Source: Chitinophagales bacterium (lineage in GTDB: Bacteria > Bacteroidota > Bacteroidia > Chitinophagales > CAIODY01). From it: DNA of 31,097 nt. The stretch lies in assembly GCA_023251415.1 (NCBI GenBank), contig JAHEYX010000001.1, forward strand, positions 1 through 31,097, written 5' to 3'. The notes beneath the pieces are model-generated. The model had not been told where the DNA came from and searched no databases. It was given only the letters and a program-made list of their open reading frames with translations. Both the position numbers and the translations under genes were made by a program. Positions 1 through 9,607 of this stretch are shown one piece after another (within the stretch, counting starts at the first letter, position 1; the number at the start of each line of letters is the position of its first letter).

Positions 1-1376
1 AACTCATTCGCTATTTGAAGCGGCGTAGCCAAAATTTCACCTTGACCTATCCCCAATGAAATAACGGTTGGCGAACGCCAGGCCGTTCCTTTATACCGTT
101 TGTTGTAGTACGCCGAATCCGGAATCAGACAGCCTTTTTCCGAAGGTAAATCAATGCCTAATTTCTTTCCAAAACCAAACGAACAAATCATATCGTGCCA
201 ACATTGAAATCCTTCCTGCACATTTCTTCCAATTTTATCATTGTCGATTGACAAACGAAAGGCCTGACAGAAATAAGCATTGCAACTATTCAAGATACCT
301 TGTGTGATATTACCGGCACTGGGATGCGCATGACAAGCAACCGTTAATCCGTTTAAATGATAACCTCTGGAACACGGATAACCAAAATTCGTTGTGATAC
401 TTTGCGTTTGAAGTGCTACTAATCCAACTAGTAATTTAAAAGTAGAACCCGGTGGGTAGTTCGCCATTAAAGGTCGATTCAACAATGGTTTCAAGGTATC
501 ACCATTCAGTTTTTTAAAGACCTTACCCCGATCCCGATTGTTTAACAAGTTGGGGTCAAATGTAGGACTGCTCACCATGGCTAAAATTTCGCCTGTTGAA
601 GGTTCTATTGCCACAACGCTTCCAACTTTATTGCGCATCAGTCGTTCGCCTAACTGCTGCAGTTCGATATCTAAAGTAATGGTTAAGTTCTCGCCTCCAA
701 TTGCTAAGGTGTCTTCGGCTCCGTTGTTATAGCTGCCTTGCTCACGATTGTGCACATCCACCATCACCAAACGAGTACCGCGTTTACCACGCAAAAGTTT
801 TTCATATTGTTGTTCCAATCCACTCATGCCAATAAAATCGCCGGATTGGTAATATTTGTTTTTGCGAATAATGCGATCATCCACCTCGCTGATATAACCT
901 AATACGTGTGCTGCGCAATTGTGCTCATAACTTCTAACCGTACGCACTTGTGAGTAGAATCCCGGAAAGTTGTAGAGGTTTTCTTCAAAGCGCGCATATA
1001 CATTTTGCGGAATTTGTTTTAAAAACACCGAGGGCTTATAGCGGCTGTAATTAAAGGCTTTGCGCAAATTTTCATGCAAAGTTGCCGTGTCAATTTCCAA
1101 CAAACGACAAAACAAAAGTGTGTCGAATTTTTTAACTTGCTTAGGCGTAATCATCAAGTCATACAAAGCTTGATTACAAACCACCAATCGGTTTTTTCGA
1201 TCATAAATTAACCCGCGCGAAGGATATATGGTAAGTTTGCGTAAGGCATTTTCATCGGCTAATTGTTTATAGGTTTTGTCAACAATTTGCAGGTAAAATA
1301 AGCGCAGTAAAAACACCGCAATTACTACGATAAAAATATATTGAAATACAGCTTTACGATTTGAGTGAATATCCAT
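1..1376 (-). CDS. mrdA: Penicillin-binding protein 2 (peptidoglycan D,D-transpeptidase), 3' part runs off the window start
   Basis: Not in the ORF track because no stop falls in the window. Read manually from ATG at 1376: MDIHSNRKAVFQYIFIVVIAVFLLRLFYLQIV...YPSRGLIYDRK (TM anchor plus PBP dimerisation start); catalytic NRPLMANYPPGSTFK (SxxK) near 430-480 and LNSCNAYF (SxN) near 270-300. Confidence 0.93.
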   Translation of the reverse strand, partial: MDIHSNRKAVFQYIFIVVIAVFLLRLFYLQIVDKTYKQLADENALRKLTIYPSRGLIYDRKNRLVVCNQALYDLMITPKQVKKFDTLLFCRLLEIDTATLHENLRKAFNYSRYKPSVFLKQIPQNVYARFEENLYNFPGFYSQVRTVRSYEHNCAAHVLGYISEVDDRIIRKNKYYQSGDFIGMSGLEQQYEKLLRGKRGTRLVMVDVHNREQGSYNNGAEDTLAIGGENLTITLDIELQQLGERLMRNKVGSVVAIEPSTGEILAMVSSPTFDPNLLNNRDRGKVFKKLNGDTLKPLLNRPLMANYPPGSTFKLLVGLVALQTQSITTNFGYPCSRGYHLNGLTVACHAHPSAGNITQGILNSCNAYFCQAFRLSIDNDKIGRNVQEGFQCWHDMICSFGFGKKLGIDLPSEKGCLIPDSAYYNKRYKGTAWRSPTVISLGIGQGEILATPLQIANE

Positions 1377-1439
1377 GACGTGTTAGCGCAAACCCCTGCG
1401 CTGGTTGTAATGCCGGCTGTACTAATAAAATTAAAACGA

Positions 1440-2162
1440 TTACTTCTTTTTCTTTTGTTTAACAATGCTCTTGTCAATTTTCATCACCTGATACTTCGAA
1501 CCCATTGGCATATTAAAGTTTAACGACAATTGCAAAAAGCGAGAAGATAAACGCGGCACAAAACCGGTATACGTTTCATAATTGGTAACATGGCGACGTG
1601 TCAAATATTCGATACGCAACCCTAAAGATTCCGATACGCGCCATTCGGCCATTACTGCCGGAGAGAGAAACGAGGCTTTATCGGTAGGTGTTTGAAACAT
1701 GGTGTACTCTAAACCCCAACCAAACATGTATCCTTTCTTTTTATTGGATTCAACTGTAGCTTTTGGACCTTTCACATAGCACAAATAAATCGGAATTTGC
1801 GCCCCCATAATGATGGAAGAAGCGCTGCCATAATTAGCTGCCGCAGCGTATTGATTAATGGTTTTGTATTTAGTTGAAAACGAAACAAAGCCTTGAAATC
1901 CCAACATAAAGTTCAACGAATTAAAATCGTTGATGGTATAAAACGGAATGAGCATGTTAGCGTAGAACGCCGGAGCTGTAAGGGTTTTATTGATGGTGTC
2001 GTTTTTATGAAACGTGTTTCCATTGGTAGTGCTTGGTGTTACTGCAAGCAAGTGTCCTTTTTGGTGAATTAAATCTGTACCAAAACCAATAATCATGTGT
2101 TGCGCCGACAATTGGGTGGTGGTAAATAATAAAACAAGAAGCAGTATAGAGTTGAAACGCAT
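1440..2162 (-). CDS. Hypothetical exported protein, probable outer-membrane beta-barrel
   Basis: Sec signal peptide ending LSAQ; alternating aromatic/hydrophobic strands (YMFGWGLEY, LGLRIEY, FLQLSLNFN); ends in a Lys-rich tail. Confidence 0.55.
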   Translation of the reverse strand: MRFNSILLLVLLFTTTQLSAQHMIIGFGTDLIHQKGHLLAVTPSTTNGNTFHKNDTINKTLTAPAFYANMLIPFYTINDFNSLNFMLGFQGFVSFSTKYKTINQYAAAANYGSASSIIMGAQIPIYLCYVKGPKATVESNKKKGYMFGWGLEYTMFQTPTDKASFLSPAVMAEWRVSESLGLRIEYLTRRHVTNYETYTGFVPRLSSRFLQLSLNFNMPMGSKYQVMKIDKSIVKQKKKK

Positions 2163-2171
2163 AGTTCGATT

Positions 2172-3182
2172 TTATTTGTTTCCTAATTTAATTTGAATCA
2201 AAGTTCCTTCTTTCGTTGTAGCAAAAGCCAACTTATCATTTACCATGGTAATTTCAGTAAAGGTTTCAATCAAGCTTTCTCCGTTTTGATTATAGCGCGG
2301 TTCCCAAGTAACGCCATTGTCATTGGTATAAAACAAGTTATGATCACCGGCACCAAATCCGCTTCCTTTAAACAAATCAGCCACTTCCATGCGCGGGTGT
2401 TTCTCGTCCATTACAGCGGTTTGTTTGTCACCGGTCCAAGTATGACAGGTATCGGTAGACCAGAACCAACCATTATCCGAACTTCCGGAAGCCAATGCAA
2501 ATGTTATTTTGTGATCGCGGGAGTATTTGATGTTTCTAAAATTATTTGCCGGAGCACTGATACTGGTTTTCTCTTGCCATGTAGCGCCGCTGTTATGCGT
2601 TACAAAGATTCGATTGTTGGCAAAGGAAAGTGCTACGCCTTCATTGATATCTCTAAACTCAATTAAATCCATTGGAGTTCCTAATGATGCCGGGAAATTG
2701 GTTAACGTCCAATTATTTCCACCATCTACTGTGATATACACTTGACCGGCATGTTCCATATATCCGGTGCTGGCTGATATAAATTCAGTGGCATGAAAAT
2801 CTTTGGTGCCTGAGTTCATTTGCATAAAGCTATGACCGGCATCGGTAGTGCGATAAGTTAAATACTTGTTGTATAACGTGTTTTTTGCAGTAAAATAAAC
2901 CCATTGGCTATCAATCACACATACTTTAAGGAATACGATATTGGTATCTAAAAAGCTTACTCTGCGCCACACTTTACCGGTATCGGTTGTTTTAAAAATA
3001 GCATTGTTGGAAATTACATATCCAGTGCGGCCCAAATTATCAAACTCCACATCAATCAAAGGTGATGATGGCATGGAAATACGAAATATCTCTACCGTTG
3101 GAACAACGTAGGTTTTCTTTTTACAACTGCTTACAACAAACAAGATTGGTAGAAGCAGTAAAATGAAAAAACTATTTTTCAT
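2172..3182 (-). CDS. BNR/Asp-box repeat beta-propeller lipoprotein (Ycf48/sortilin-like)
   Basis: Lipobox FVVSSC; six Asp-box-like repeats: FKTTDTGKVW, YRTTDAGHSF, YITVDGGNNW, FVTHNSGATW, FWSTDTCHTW, FYTNDNGVTW. Confidence 0.85.
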   Translation of the reverse strand: MKNSFFILLLLPILFVVSSCKKKTYVVPTVEIFRISMPSSPLIDVEFDNLGRTGYVISNNAIFKTTDTGKVWRRVSFLDTNIVFLKVCVIDSQWVYFTAKNTLYNKYLTYRTTDAGHSFMQMNSGTKDFHATEFISASTGYMEHAGQVYITVDGGNNWTLTNFPASLGTPMDLIEFRDINEGVALSFANNRIFVTHNSGATWQEKTSISAPANNFRNIKYSRDHKITFALASGSSDNGWFWSTDTCHTWTGDKQTAVMDEKHPRMEVADLFKGSGFGAGDHNLFYTNDNGVTWEPRYNQNGESLIETFTEITMVNDKLAFATTKEGTLIQIKLGNK

Positions 3183-3244
3183 AGCAAAAAATTGGGAATA
3201 AAAAATTTCTCTAAAAATAGCAACTTTCGCCTATCCGATATAAT

Positions 3245-4240
3245 TTATTTTACAAAATCTTTATGGTTGAGCAGAATATTTCGCAACATGAAATCCTGAA
3301 TCAGCAAAAAGTCGGCATTATTGTCTACCCAAGCGTAATAAATTTCACTATCGAAGCTCATTGGCTTGCCATTGGGGTCAAATTGTTGCTTGGTTCTATC
3401 AGTGGCATCGGCATGAATTAAAGCTATTTTACGCACTTGTCCGTTATTGGCAGTCACCGTTAACTCAGCAAATGGTGGCTTTTTACGGGCTTCTTCATCT
3501 TGTGGACGATGGCGTGCATAGTTGATGGCATTGAGGTTTCTAAAGCTTTCAAATAAAGCAGCACACTTCTTTTCATTCACCGGCGCTTCCGGTACCAATT
3601 GATAATGATTCAAGTCCGGAGCAAGCAATTCAAAGGATTCGTTGGCCCGTTCATCAAAATACTGCACTTTCACCGAGTGCAAATCTGAAGGCTCATAGGC
3701 CATAATGGTACGATTACGCCAATCCAATTCATCTAAAATATAACGTACGCTTACAAACCCGTCAAATCCCGGAATCTCAACTACAAAGGGATGTTCGGCG
3801 CCTTCCATCAAAAAATAATTCCCGTTGTAATCTTTGGCCACACCGCCGATATAGTAAGTACGAATAGGGTCTTTATCACCGGTAAAAATGGCCACTTTAA
3901 TGGCATTGGCAGCCATGTCTTTAATCACGGCATTGTGCCCGTTCATTGGCACCGGGCGGTTCACGCGTATTTCTTTGATTGTTTCCAATAAGATACGAAT
4001 GGCATCCGGGCGAGCCGGGTATTTGCCGTTAACCGTCCAAACACTGGCATTTTTACGAACCAATTCGATGGTACGGGTTCCTTTATCGGCAATAAATATT
4101 TTTTGAATAGCGGCAGTATCACTCACCGCAAAATCGCGTTCGTCAACTTTAGGTTTAAACAGGTTACAACTTGTTAATACACTACTGCCTATCAACAAAA
4201 TACATCCTACTAAAAACGGTAAACTAAAACGATTCCTCAT
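3245..4240 (-). CDS. DUF4340-like lipoprotein
   Basis: Lipobox SVLTSC; motifs ELVRKNASVWTVNGKYPARPDAIRILL and NGNYFLMEGAEHPFVVEIPGFDG recalled as typical of DUF4340 proteins. Confidence 0.65.
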   Translation of the reverse strand: MRNRFSLPFLVGCILLIGSSVLTSCNLFKPKVDERDFAVSDTAAIQKIFIADKGTRTIELVRKNASVWTVNGKYPARPDAIRILLETIKEIRVNRPVPMNGHNAVIKDMAANAIKVAIFTGDKDPIRTYYIGGVAKDYNGNYFLMEGAEHPFVVEIPGFDGFVSVRYILDELDWRNRTIMAYEPSDLHSVKVQYFDERANESFELLAPDLNHYQLVPEAPVNEKKCAALFESFRNLNAINYARHRPQDEEARKKPPFAELTVTANNGQVRKIALIHADATDRTKQQFDPNGKPMSFDSEIYYAWVDNNADFLLIQDFMLRNILLNHKDFVK

Positions 4241-4266
4241 GGTTTCAAATTAAATGAACTGTAGTA

Positions 4267-5292
4267 TTAAACCGTCGGAGTGCCTTCCTCGCCTGGAGTT
4301 GCCGGCTTTTGCATTTTCAACGATTTCGAAATTTCAGATTTAATTAAGCGGCCTAAAGCTCCACGAATTACAAATAACAAACCTCCCAATAAACCTAAAA
4401 TACCATAAATCATGGCTGCTCCGGCTTTTGAAGGATTTATTAAAGATTCGATATAGGGTTGATCCAAAATTTGAACTACCGGTTTATCGGTTTGCATACG
4501 AATAAATGCCTGTTCTTGTAATTCAACCAACTTCGCATAGCGTTGCGACAGAATCCGCTTTTTTTCATCCATGTCTTCTTGCGGAATTTTAACGGTTGCT
4601 TTAATCAAATATTTGTTTTGGTCGACATAATTTGCTGAACGGTATTTTAAAGCTTCATAAGCACGCGCTACCGAATCGGTACGTTCGTTAATGAATCGCA
4701 AATCCACCATCGCCTTTTCTGTTTTTTTGTCGAAGTTGAATTTAATCAATTCTTGAATAATGATTTTGTTGGTCAATAAAGCCAAGTCCTTATCAAAAGC
4801 CTTAGTACTTAAACTCATGAAACCACTTTCATCTAAAACGGCAAAACTTCCACTTCTTAAAATAGTGGCAGCACGCTCTATTTTAGAGTTTCGGCTCATG
4901 GTTTTCAAATTTTCCTTTTTTTGCCAAGGCTTGTAATTTTTATTGAAGTCGGCAATAATTTCTTCAGCTAATATTTTTGATTTCGAGGTAGAATCTAACT
5001 TATGGCTCACCACCAGTTTTGTCATACTACGGCTGTTCAACACTTTAGCAAGAATACCCAATGCCCCGGATTTGGTGGTTACGTTTCCGGTAATCAATTC
5101 CAAGGGACTACCACTTAATGTAGCATCTTTATCCGGATAAAAAATAGATTTTGCTGTATAGGTTACTGGTGTCAAGGATGCATAAAACCATCCCCCTGCG
5201 GCAGCCAAAATAAAGAACGCGAGCAGCAACCATTTCCCTTTTTTAAGAGCGGAGCCCGCATCCTGTAATGCATCATTAATCGAATAAACCAT
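4267..5292 (-). CDS. Wzz-like polysaccharide co-polymerase / chain-length determinant
   Basis: N-terminal TM (WLLLAFFILAAAGGWFYASL), periplasmic coiled-coil region, VVQILDQP, C-terminal Gly-rich TM (IYGILGLLGGLLFVIRG); directly downstream of the SLBB export gene; no kinase Walker A. Confidence 0.75.
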   Translation of the reverse strand: MVYSINDALQDAGSALKKGKWLLLAFFILAAAGGWFYASLTPVTYTAKSIFYPDKDATLSGSPLELITGNVTTKSGALGILAKVLNSRSMTKLVVSHKLDSTSKSKILAEEIIADFNKNYKPWQKKENLKTMSRNSKIERAATILRSGSFAVLDESGFMSLSTKAFDKDLALLTNKIIIQELIKFNFDKKTEKAMVDLRFINERTDSVARAYEALKYRSANYVDQNKYLIKATVKIPQEDMDEKKRILSQRYAKLVELQEQAFIRMQTDKPVVQILDQPYIESLINPSKAGAAMIYGILGLLGGLLFVIRGALGRLIKSEISKSLKMQKPATPGEEGTPTV

Positions 5293-5308
5293 AGTATATT
5301 CTTATTTC

Positions 5309-7843
5309 TTATTTTTTGGTAAGTACATCCAAATAAAGCACCGTACGATACGCCACTAAACCTGATAACAAAGTAGTGGTGGTGTATGCAATGGCATGTA
5401 ATATTTCAACCGGTAATACTTGTACCTGTTTCAGTGTATTTCGATCCGGTCGGGTTGGTACATTCAAGACACAGCCGTATTCAACTTTCGGATAAACCAC
5501 AAAACCAAAATACGAATGTGCTTTTTTAACAATCCCATTGGCATATTTAACGGTGCATTTCTTACGCCACGGACGATCACCAAATCCACCCGCTAAACCA
5601 ATGTAATATTTGAAAGAGGAATTTTCTTTGTCATAAAACACATTAACCGGCACTTGTACGTTTCCGGTAATACGTATTACTTCATCCAATTCCGGAATGT
5701 TTAATTCATCCCCTTCGTTCAAAATGATATCAAATTTTGACCCCGGTTTTTTAATCGCCGAGCCCAAATCAATCAAAATTACCGAACCGGCACTTAAACG
5801 TTTAAAGGTTGCTCCGCGTACGTTTGCGGTTGGCAATAATCCTCCGGCACGACGTATCAATGATGAAACCCGTTCCTTTTCGTCTTTCTTAGAATAAATG
5901 CCCGGATACTTCACTTGCCCTAAAATGTTCACGTTCTTTTGATAAGAGAAATCCGGATTTTTACGCACATAAATTTGATCAAAAGGCTTCAGTATAATTT
6001 TTTCAGCCACCGTATCGTTCTCTAAAATTGGATCTAAAGCATATTGTTTGATGATGGTTTTGATTGGAATATTTTTGCGTTTGGCATCTTCAATACTCAC
6101 AATACTGGAAACCTCTACCTGATTGTATTCTGCTTCTCCTTTCATCCCTCCGCAGATGTACAATAAGTCTTTTAAACTTCGTTTACCCGATAAGATATAA
6201 TTTCCGGGATTACGTACCAATCCGTTAATGGTAACAAATGGAATGTCTTGGAAATTGGTAACACTGTAAATTTTTAAGGCGTCGAATTGTTTAATCTCGA
6301 TGTTGTTTTCGTCGTAAGAAGCACTGTCCTTCTTCGTTACAGCCTCTAAATCAACCGGAATATATTGAATTTGGAAGTCTTTGGCAATTCGAATAACATA
6401 GGCTCTTTTCAAGTAGGCTTCCCCTTTTAATCCTCCGGCTTTAGCAATCAAATCAGCTACGTGTTCTCCTTTTTTCAATTCGTAAATGCCCGGATATGCT
6501 ACTTCACCAATGATTTGTGCTTTGTTGGTAATTTCATCGTTAATCGAACGAATAAACACGCGATCTCCATCAATCAATTCAAAGTTACGTGTACCGTTCA
6601 TTACATCATAAGCGTTCAAATCGATGATACGCACTTTTTCATCTTCGGTACGGAACACTTGAATATTGGCCAAACGTGCATTGTACTTAATTCCTCCGGC
6701 CAATGAAATCAAATCTTTTAGGTTTTCATTTTCTTTTAATTGATAAATCAACGGACGTTTAACTTCCCCATCAATATCTACTTGCTTTTTGTAAACCGAA
6801 ACGAATAAGAAGTCGTTGTTTTCTAAGTAAATATCATCTTGTTTATCGCCTTTTTGTAAATATTTGTAAACGTCTAAGGTATCCACATAAACCCCATTGC
6901 GTTTAACATAAATGGCGCGTAACGAACCGAGCTTGTTAGGGCCGCCAGCTAAGTACAACGCGTTAAAGGCTGTATTCAAAGCCGAAATAGAATAGGCTCC
7001 CGGTTGGTTAACCTCTCCAATCACATTCACACGAATGGTACGCACATTCCCAATACTAACTTCAATATTACTTCCTTCCGGTACAATTGAAGCGAATTTT
7101 TGCGACAACAAACTTTTAGCGTTTTTGTAGGTCATTCCTTTCAAAAATATTTTACCAATATTGCTTGGAAAGATTGCTCCGTCTTTACCGATCGTAAAGT
7201 TGTTTTGGTATTCGGCTTGCCCCCAAATGGTAATGGCAATTACGTCGCCGGGTCCCAGTTTATAATCATCCGGTGGTACAGGATTATCAACCGGTGTAAA
7301 TACCAAGGATGTTTTACTGAAAATTGTTCCCCCGTAAATTTCGGTATTCACATTCATGTTTTTACCAAAGTAGTCCGGCAATCCTTGTAAGGCCTTTACT
7401 TGTTGTTTTTTAGCTTCTTCTTCCGAAAGGTCACGTTGAATTTTGAAAACATCTTTGTTTCCTGTTTTTCCCGGAAATTGGGAATTCAAATAACGTTGTA
7501 TTTCTTCTTCCGAAACCCCGCTTTTGCGCAATTCATCAATACGCGTCTGAAATTCATAACTATTGGGATTGTCCGGATCAATTACACTAACTTTATTGGC
7601 GTCTTTAGGGGCATTTAAATCTTTAATCAATTGATTAGGTCCAGCGGTATTAGAAGGTGGTGTGACCCCTGTACCTGGTTTTACGCCTCCGGCAGCCGGT
7701 GCAGTGGTGGTTCCTCCTCCGGTTGCAGCGCCGCCGGTAGCTCCACCGGTTTGTGCTTGCACGTTATGAGTAAACCAAAAACTAAAAGCTGCAATTAAAA
7801 TCGTCTTCGATAAAGAGCGCAAAGGATTAACTGATTTTTTCAT
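5309..7843 (-). CDS. Polysaccharide export protein (Wza/KpsD-like OPX, Poly_export plus multiple SLBB domains)
   Basis: PPDDYKLGPGDVIAITIWG (Poly_export signature); repeated SLBB motifs VNVIGEVNQPGAY, IDGEVKRPLIY, IIGEVAYPGIY, INGLVRNPGNY, ILGQVKYPGIY, ITGNVQVP. Confidence 0.9.
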   Translation of the reverse strand: MKKSVNPLRSLSKTILIAAFSFWFTHNVQAQTGGATGGAATGGGTTTAPAAGGVKPGTGVTPPSNTAGPNQLIKDLNAPKDANKVSVIDPDNPNSYEFQTRIDELRKSGVSEEEIQRYLNSQFPGKTGNKDVFKIQRDLSEEEAKKQQVKALQGLPDYFGKNMNVNTEIYGGTIFSKTSLVFTPVDNPVPPDDYKLGPGDVIAITIWGQAEYQNNFTIGKDGAIFPSNIGKIFLKGMTYKNAKSLLSQKFASIVPEGSNIEVSIGNVRTIRVNVIGEVNQPGAYSISALNTAFNALYLAGGPNKLGSLRAIYVKRNGVYVDTLDVYKYLQKGDKQDDIYLENNDFLFVSVYKKQVDIDGEVKRPLIYQLKENENLKDLISLAGGIKYNARLANIQVFRTEDEKVRIIDLNAYDVMNGTRNFELIDGDRVFIRSINDEITNKAQIIGEVAYPGIYELKKGEHVADLIAKAGGLKGEAYLKRAYVIRIAKDFQIQYIPVDLEAVTKKDSASYDENNIEIKQFDALKIYSVTNFQDIPFVTINGLVRNPGNYILSGKRSLKDLLYICGGMKGEAEYNQVEVSSIVSIEDAKRKNIPIKTIIKQYALDPILENDTVAEKIILKPFDQIYVRKNPDFSYQKNVNILGQVKYPGIYSKKDEKERVSSLIRRAGGLLPTANVRGATFKRLSAGSVILIDLGSAIKKPGSKFDIILNEGDELNIPELDEVIRITGNVQVPVNVFYDKENSSFKYYIGLAGGFGDRPWRKKCTVKYANGIVKKAHSYFGFVVYPKVEYGCVLNVPTRPDRNTLKQVQVLPVEILHAIAYTTTTLLSGLVAYRTVLYLDVLTKK

Positions 7844-7949
7844 TCAGATTGGAATAGACTGCGTTGTTTTCTAATAATTGAAATAAGAGGCGTAAAGTTA
7901 GTGTTTTTTTACTTGTTTTGTTGCTTAATTTAATTTTTCAGACCGTACT

Positions 7950-8873
7950 ATGATTGCTTATTCCGTTATTATTCCGGTTTATAAAACTACCGCTCATTTG
8001 CCGGTTTTAGTACAGGCTATTCGGGATGTGTTTTTAAAACTCAATCGTAGTTTTGAAGTAATCTTGGTAAATGATAATCCCGATTATCCCAATCATTTGG
8101 TAATCGACCCTTTGTTAACTGCCTATCCCGGTCAACTACACTGCATCACGTTAACACGCAATTACGGTCAACACAATGCCATAATATGCGGATTCGGCAA
8201 GGCTTCCGGCGAATTTGTGATTACCATGGACGACGACGGTCAGCACCGCCCCGAAGATATTCCGGTTTTGATTGAACAACAAGCCACTGCTAATTATGAT
8301 GTGGTTTATGGTAAATACGAAACCCGTCGCCATTCGCTACTTCGTAATTTTTCTTCCAGCGCTATAAAGCTCCTTTGCAAAATCGGCATTCCCGATTTGC
8401 ATCCCGATTATACTTCGTTTCGCTTGATACGAACCGGTATTGCCAAAGAAATGTTGAGCATGAACAACTCCTATACTTTCTTAGATGGTTATATCAGTTG
8501 GATAACCACGCATGTCAGTTCGGTTAATGTAAAACACCTCGAGCGACAAGAAGGCGTAAGCAATTACACCATCGGCAAATTACTCAGCCACGGAATTACC
8601 ATTTTATTTACCTTTTCGGCTTTGCCCATTCGCTTGGTTACGTATTTGTCGTTGTTGATTTGCAGCAGTGCCTTCACCTATGCTTTGTATGTATTAATTC
8701 GCAAAGAAGTATTGAACGATTTTCAACAAGGATTTCCTACTATGGCTATTTTCCTTGCTTTCGGAATGGGCTTAATACTATTAACCTTAAGCATTATTGG
8801 TGAATATGTTTTTCGTGTTCACTTAAAAACAACGCGTAAGCCCAATTTTATTATTAAAAACACGCAACCATGA
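7950..8873 (+). CDS. GT2 glycosyltransferase, ArnC/GtrB-like polyprenyl-phosphate sugar transferase
   Basis: SVIIPVY start, LVND, RNYGQHNAIICG, DxD motif MDDDGQH, two C-terminal TM helices followed by IIGEY. Confidence 0.88.
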   Translation: MIAYSVIIPVYKTTAHLPVLVQAIRDVFLKLNRSFEVILVNDNPDYPNHLVIDPLLTAYPGQLHCITLTRNYGQHNAIICGFGKASGEFVITMDDDGQHRPEDIPVLIEQQATANYDVVYGKYETRRHSLLRNFSSSAIKLLCKIGIPDLHPDYTSFRLIRTGIAKEMLSMNNSYTFLDGYISWITTHVSSVNVKHLERQEGVSNYTIGKLLSHGITILFTFSALPIRLVTYLSLLICSSAFTYALYVLIRKEVLNDFQQGFPTMAIFLAFGMGLILLTLSIIGEYVFRVHLKTTRKPNFIIKNTQP

Positions 8874-9547
8874 AACGCTTGGTTTTCTTGAGCTCCGGAG
8901 GTGGCGGCACATTCAGGTGTGTGTATTGGTATTTAAAAAGTATTTCAAATCCCCCTTGGGAAATTGTCGGTGTTATTGCCGATCGGCCTTGCGGGACTTT
9001 GGAAGATGCCCGTAAATACGGCATTCTGACGCATCAAATTGACTATTCTGCTCAACAGCCTCAAGCCTTACACGCGCTATTGGCAACGCTTCAACCGGAT
9101 TTAATTGTATCAACATTTCTAAAACAAATAGATGCCGAAACCTGCATCACTTTTCAAAATCGCTTATTGAATTTACATTATTCCTTATTGCCCGAGTACA
9201 AAGGGTTTCATGGCATAAATACCTTAAAAGCAATTTGTGCTGATGGAAAAACCGAGAGCGGTACAACCGTGCATTGGGTAACAGCCGAGGTGGATACCGG
9301 TGGAATTATCGCACAAAATCATTTCCCTTTGCCGCCCAATCGCTCGTTGGAAGAATTGATGGAGCTGGTTTTTAGAGCAGCCTGTTTAAATTTGCTTAAT
9401 GTGTTGTGTTCGTTTCAAGCTGCCATCGCAGGTACTACTAAACAAGTGTTACTGGAAGCAAGTGTTGCGGTTCGATTTGATCAGGATTTGGCACTTAAGC
9501 CCGAAGTCTTTACGTCCGCTTTTTGGGAGCAAGTAAAAAACGGGTAA
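8870..9547 (+). CDS. 10-formyl-THF-dependent formyltransferase (PurN fold, divergent)
   Basis: Catalytic N101/H103 in NLHYSLLP and D142 in GTTVHWVTAEVDTGGII; ATGA 4-nt overlap with the GT2 stop. Confidence 0.85.
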   Translation: MKRLVFLSSGGGGTFRCVYWYLKSISNPPWEIVGVIADRPCGTLEDARKYGILTHQIDYSAQQPQALHALLATLQPDLIVSTFLKQIDAETCITFQNRLLNLHYSLLPEYKGFHGINTLKAICADGKTESGTTVHWVTAEVDTGGIIAQNHFPLPPNRSLEELMELVFRAACLNLLNVLCSFQAAIAGTTKQVLLEASVAVRFDQDLALKPEVFTSAFWEQVKNG

Positions 9548-9553
9548 GCATAA

Positions 9554-9588
9554 AAAAAGGGCCGAAGCAAATCACTTCGGCCCTTTTT
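9554..9588. terminator. Bidirectional intrinsic terminator
   Basis: AAAAAGGGCCGAAG-caaatca-CTTCGGCCCTTTTT perfect stem between the convergent formyltransferase and M13 peptidase genes. Confidence 0.9.
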
Positions 9589-9607
9589 ACTGGCAGCGAA
9601 TCAAGTA

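Noticed and set aside
68-732. Plus-strand ORFs 68-307 and 538-732
   Set aside because: Antisense shadows of mrdA.
8870-9547. Calling the formyltransferase purN
   Set aside because: GAR-binding motifs are altered and it is coupled to a GT2, not to pur genes; gene symbol withheld.
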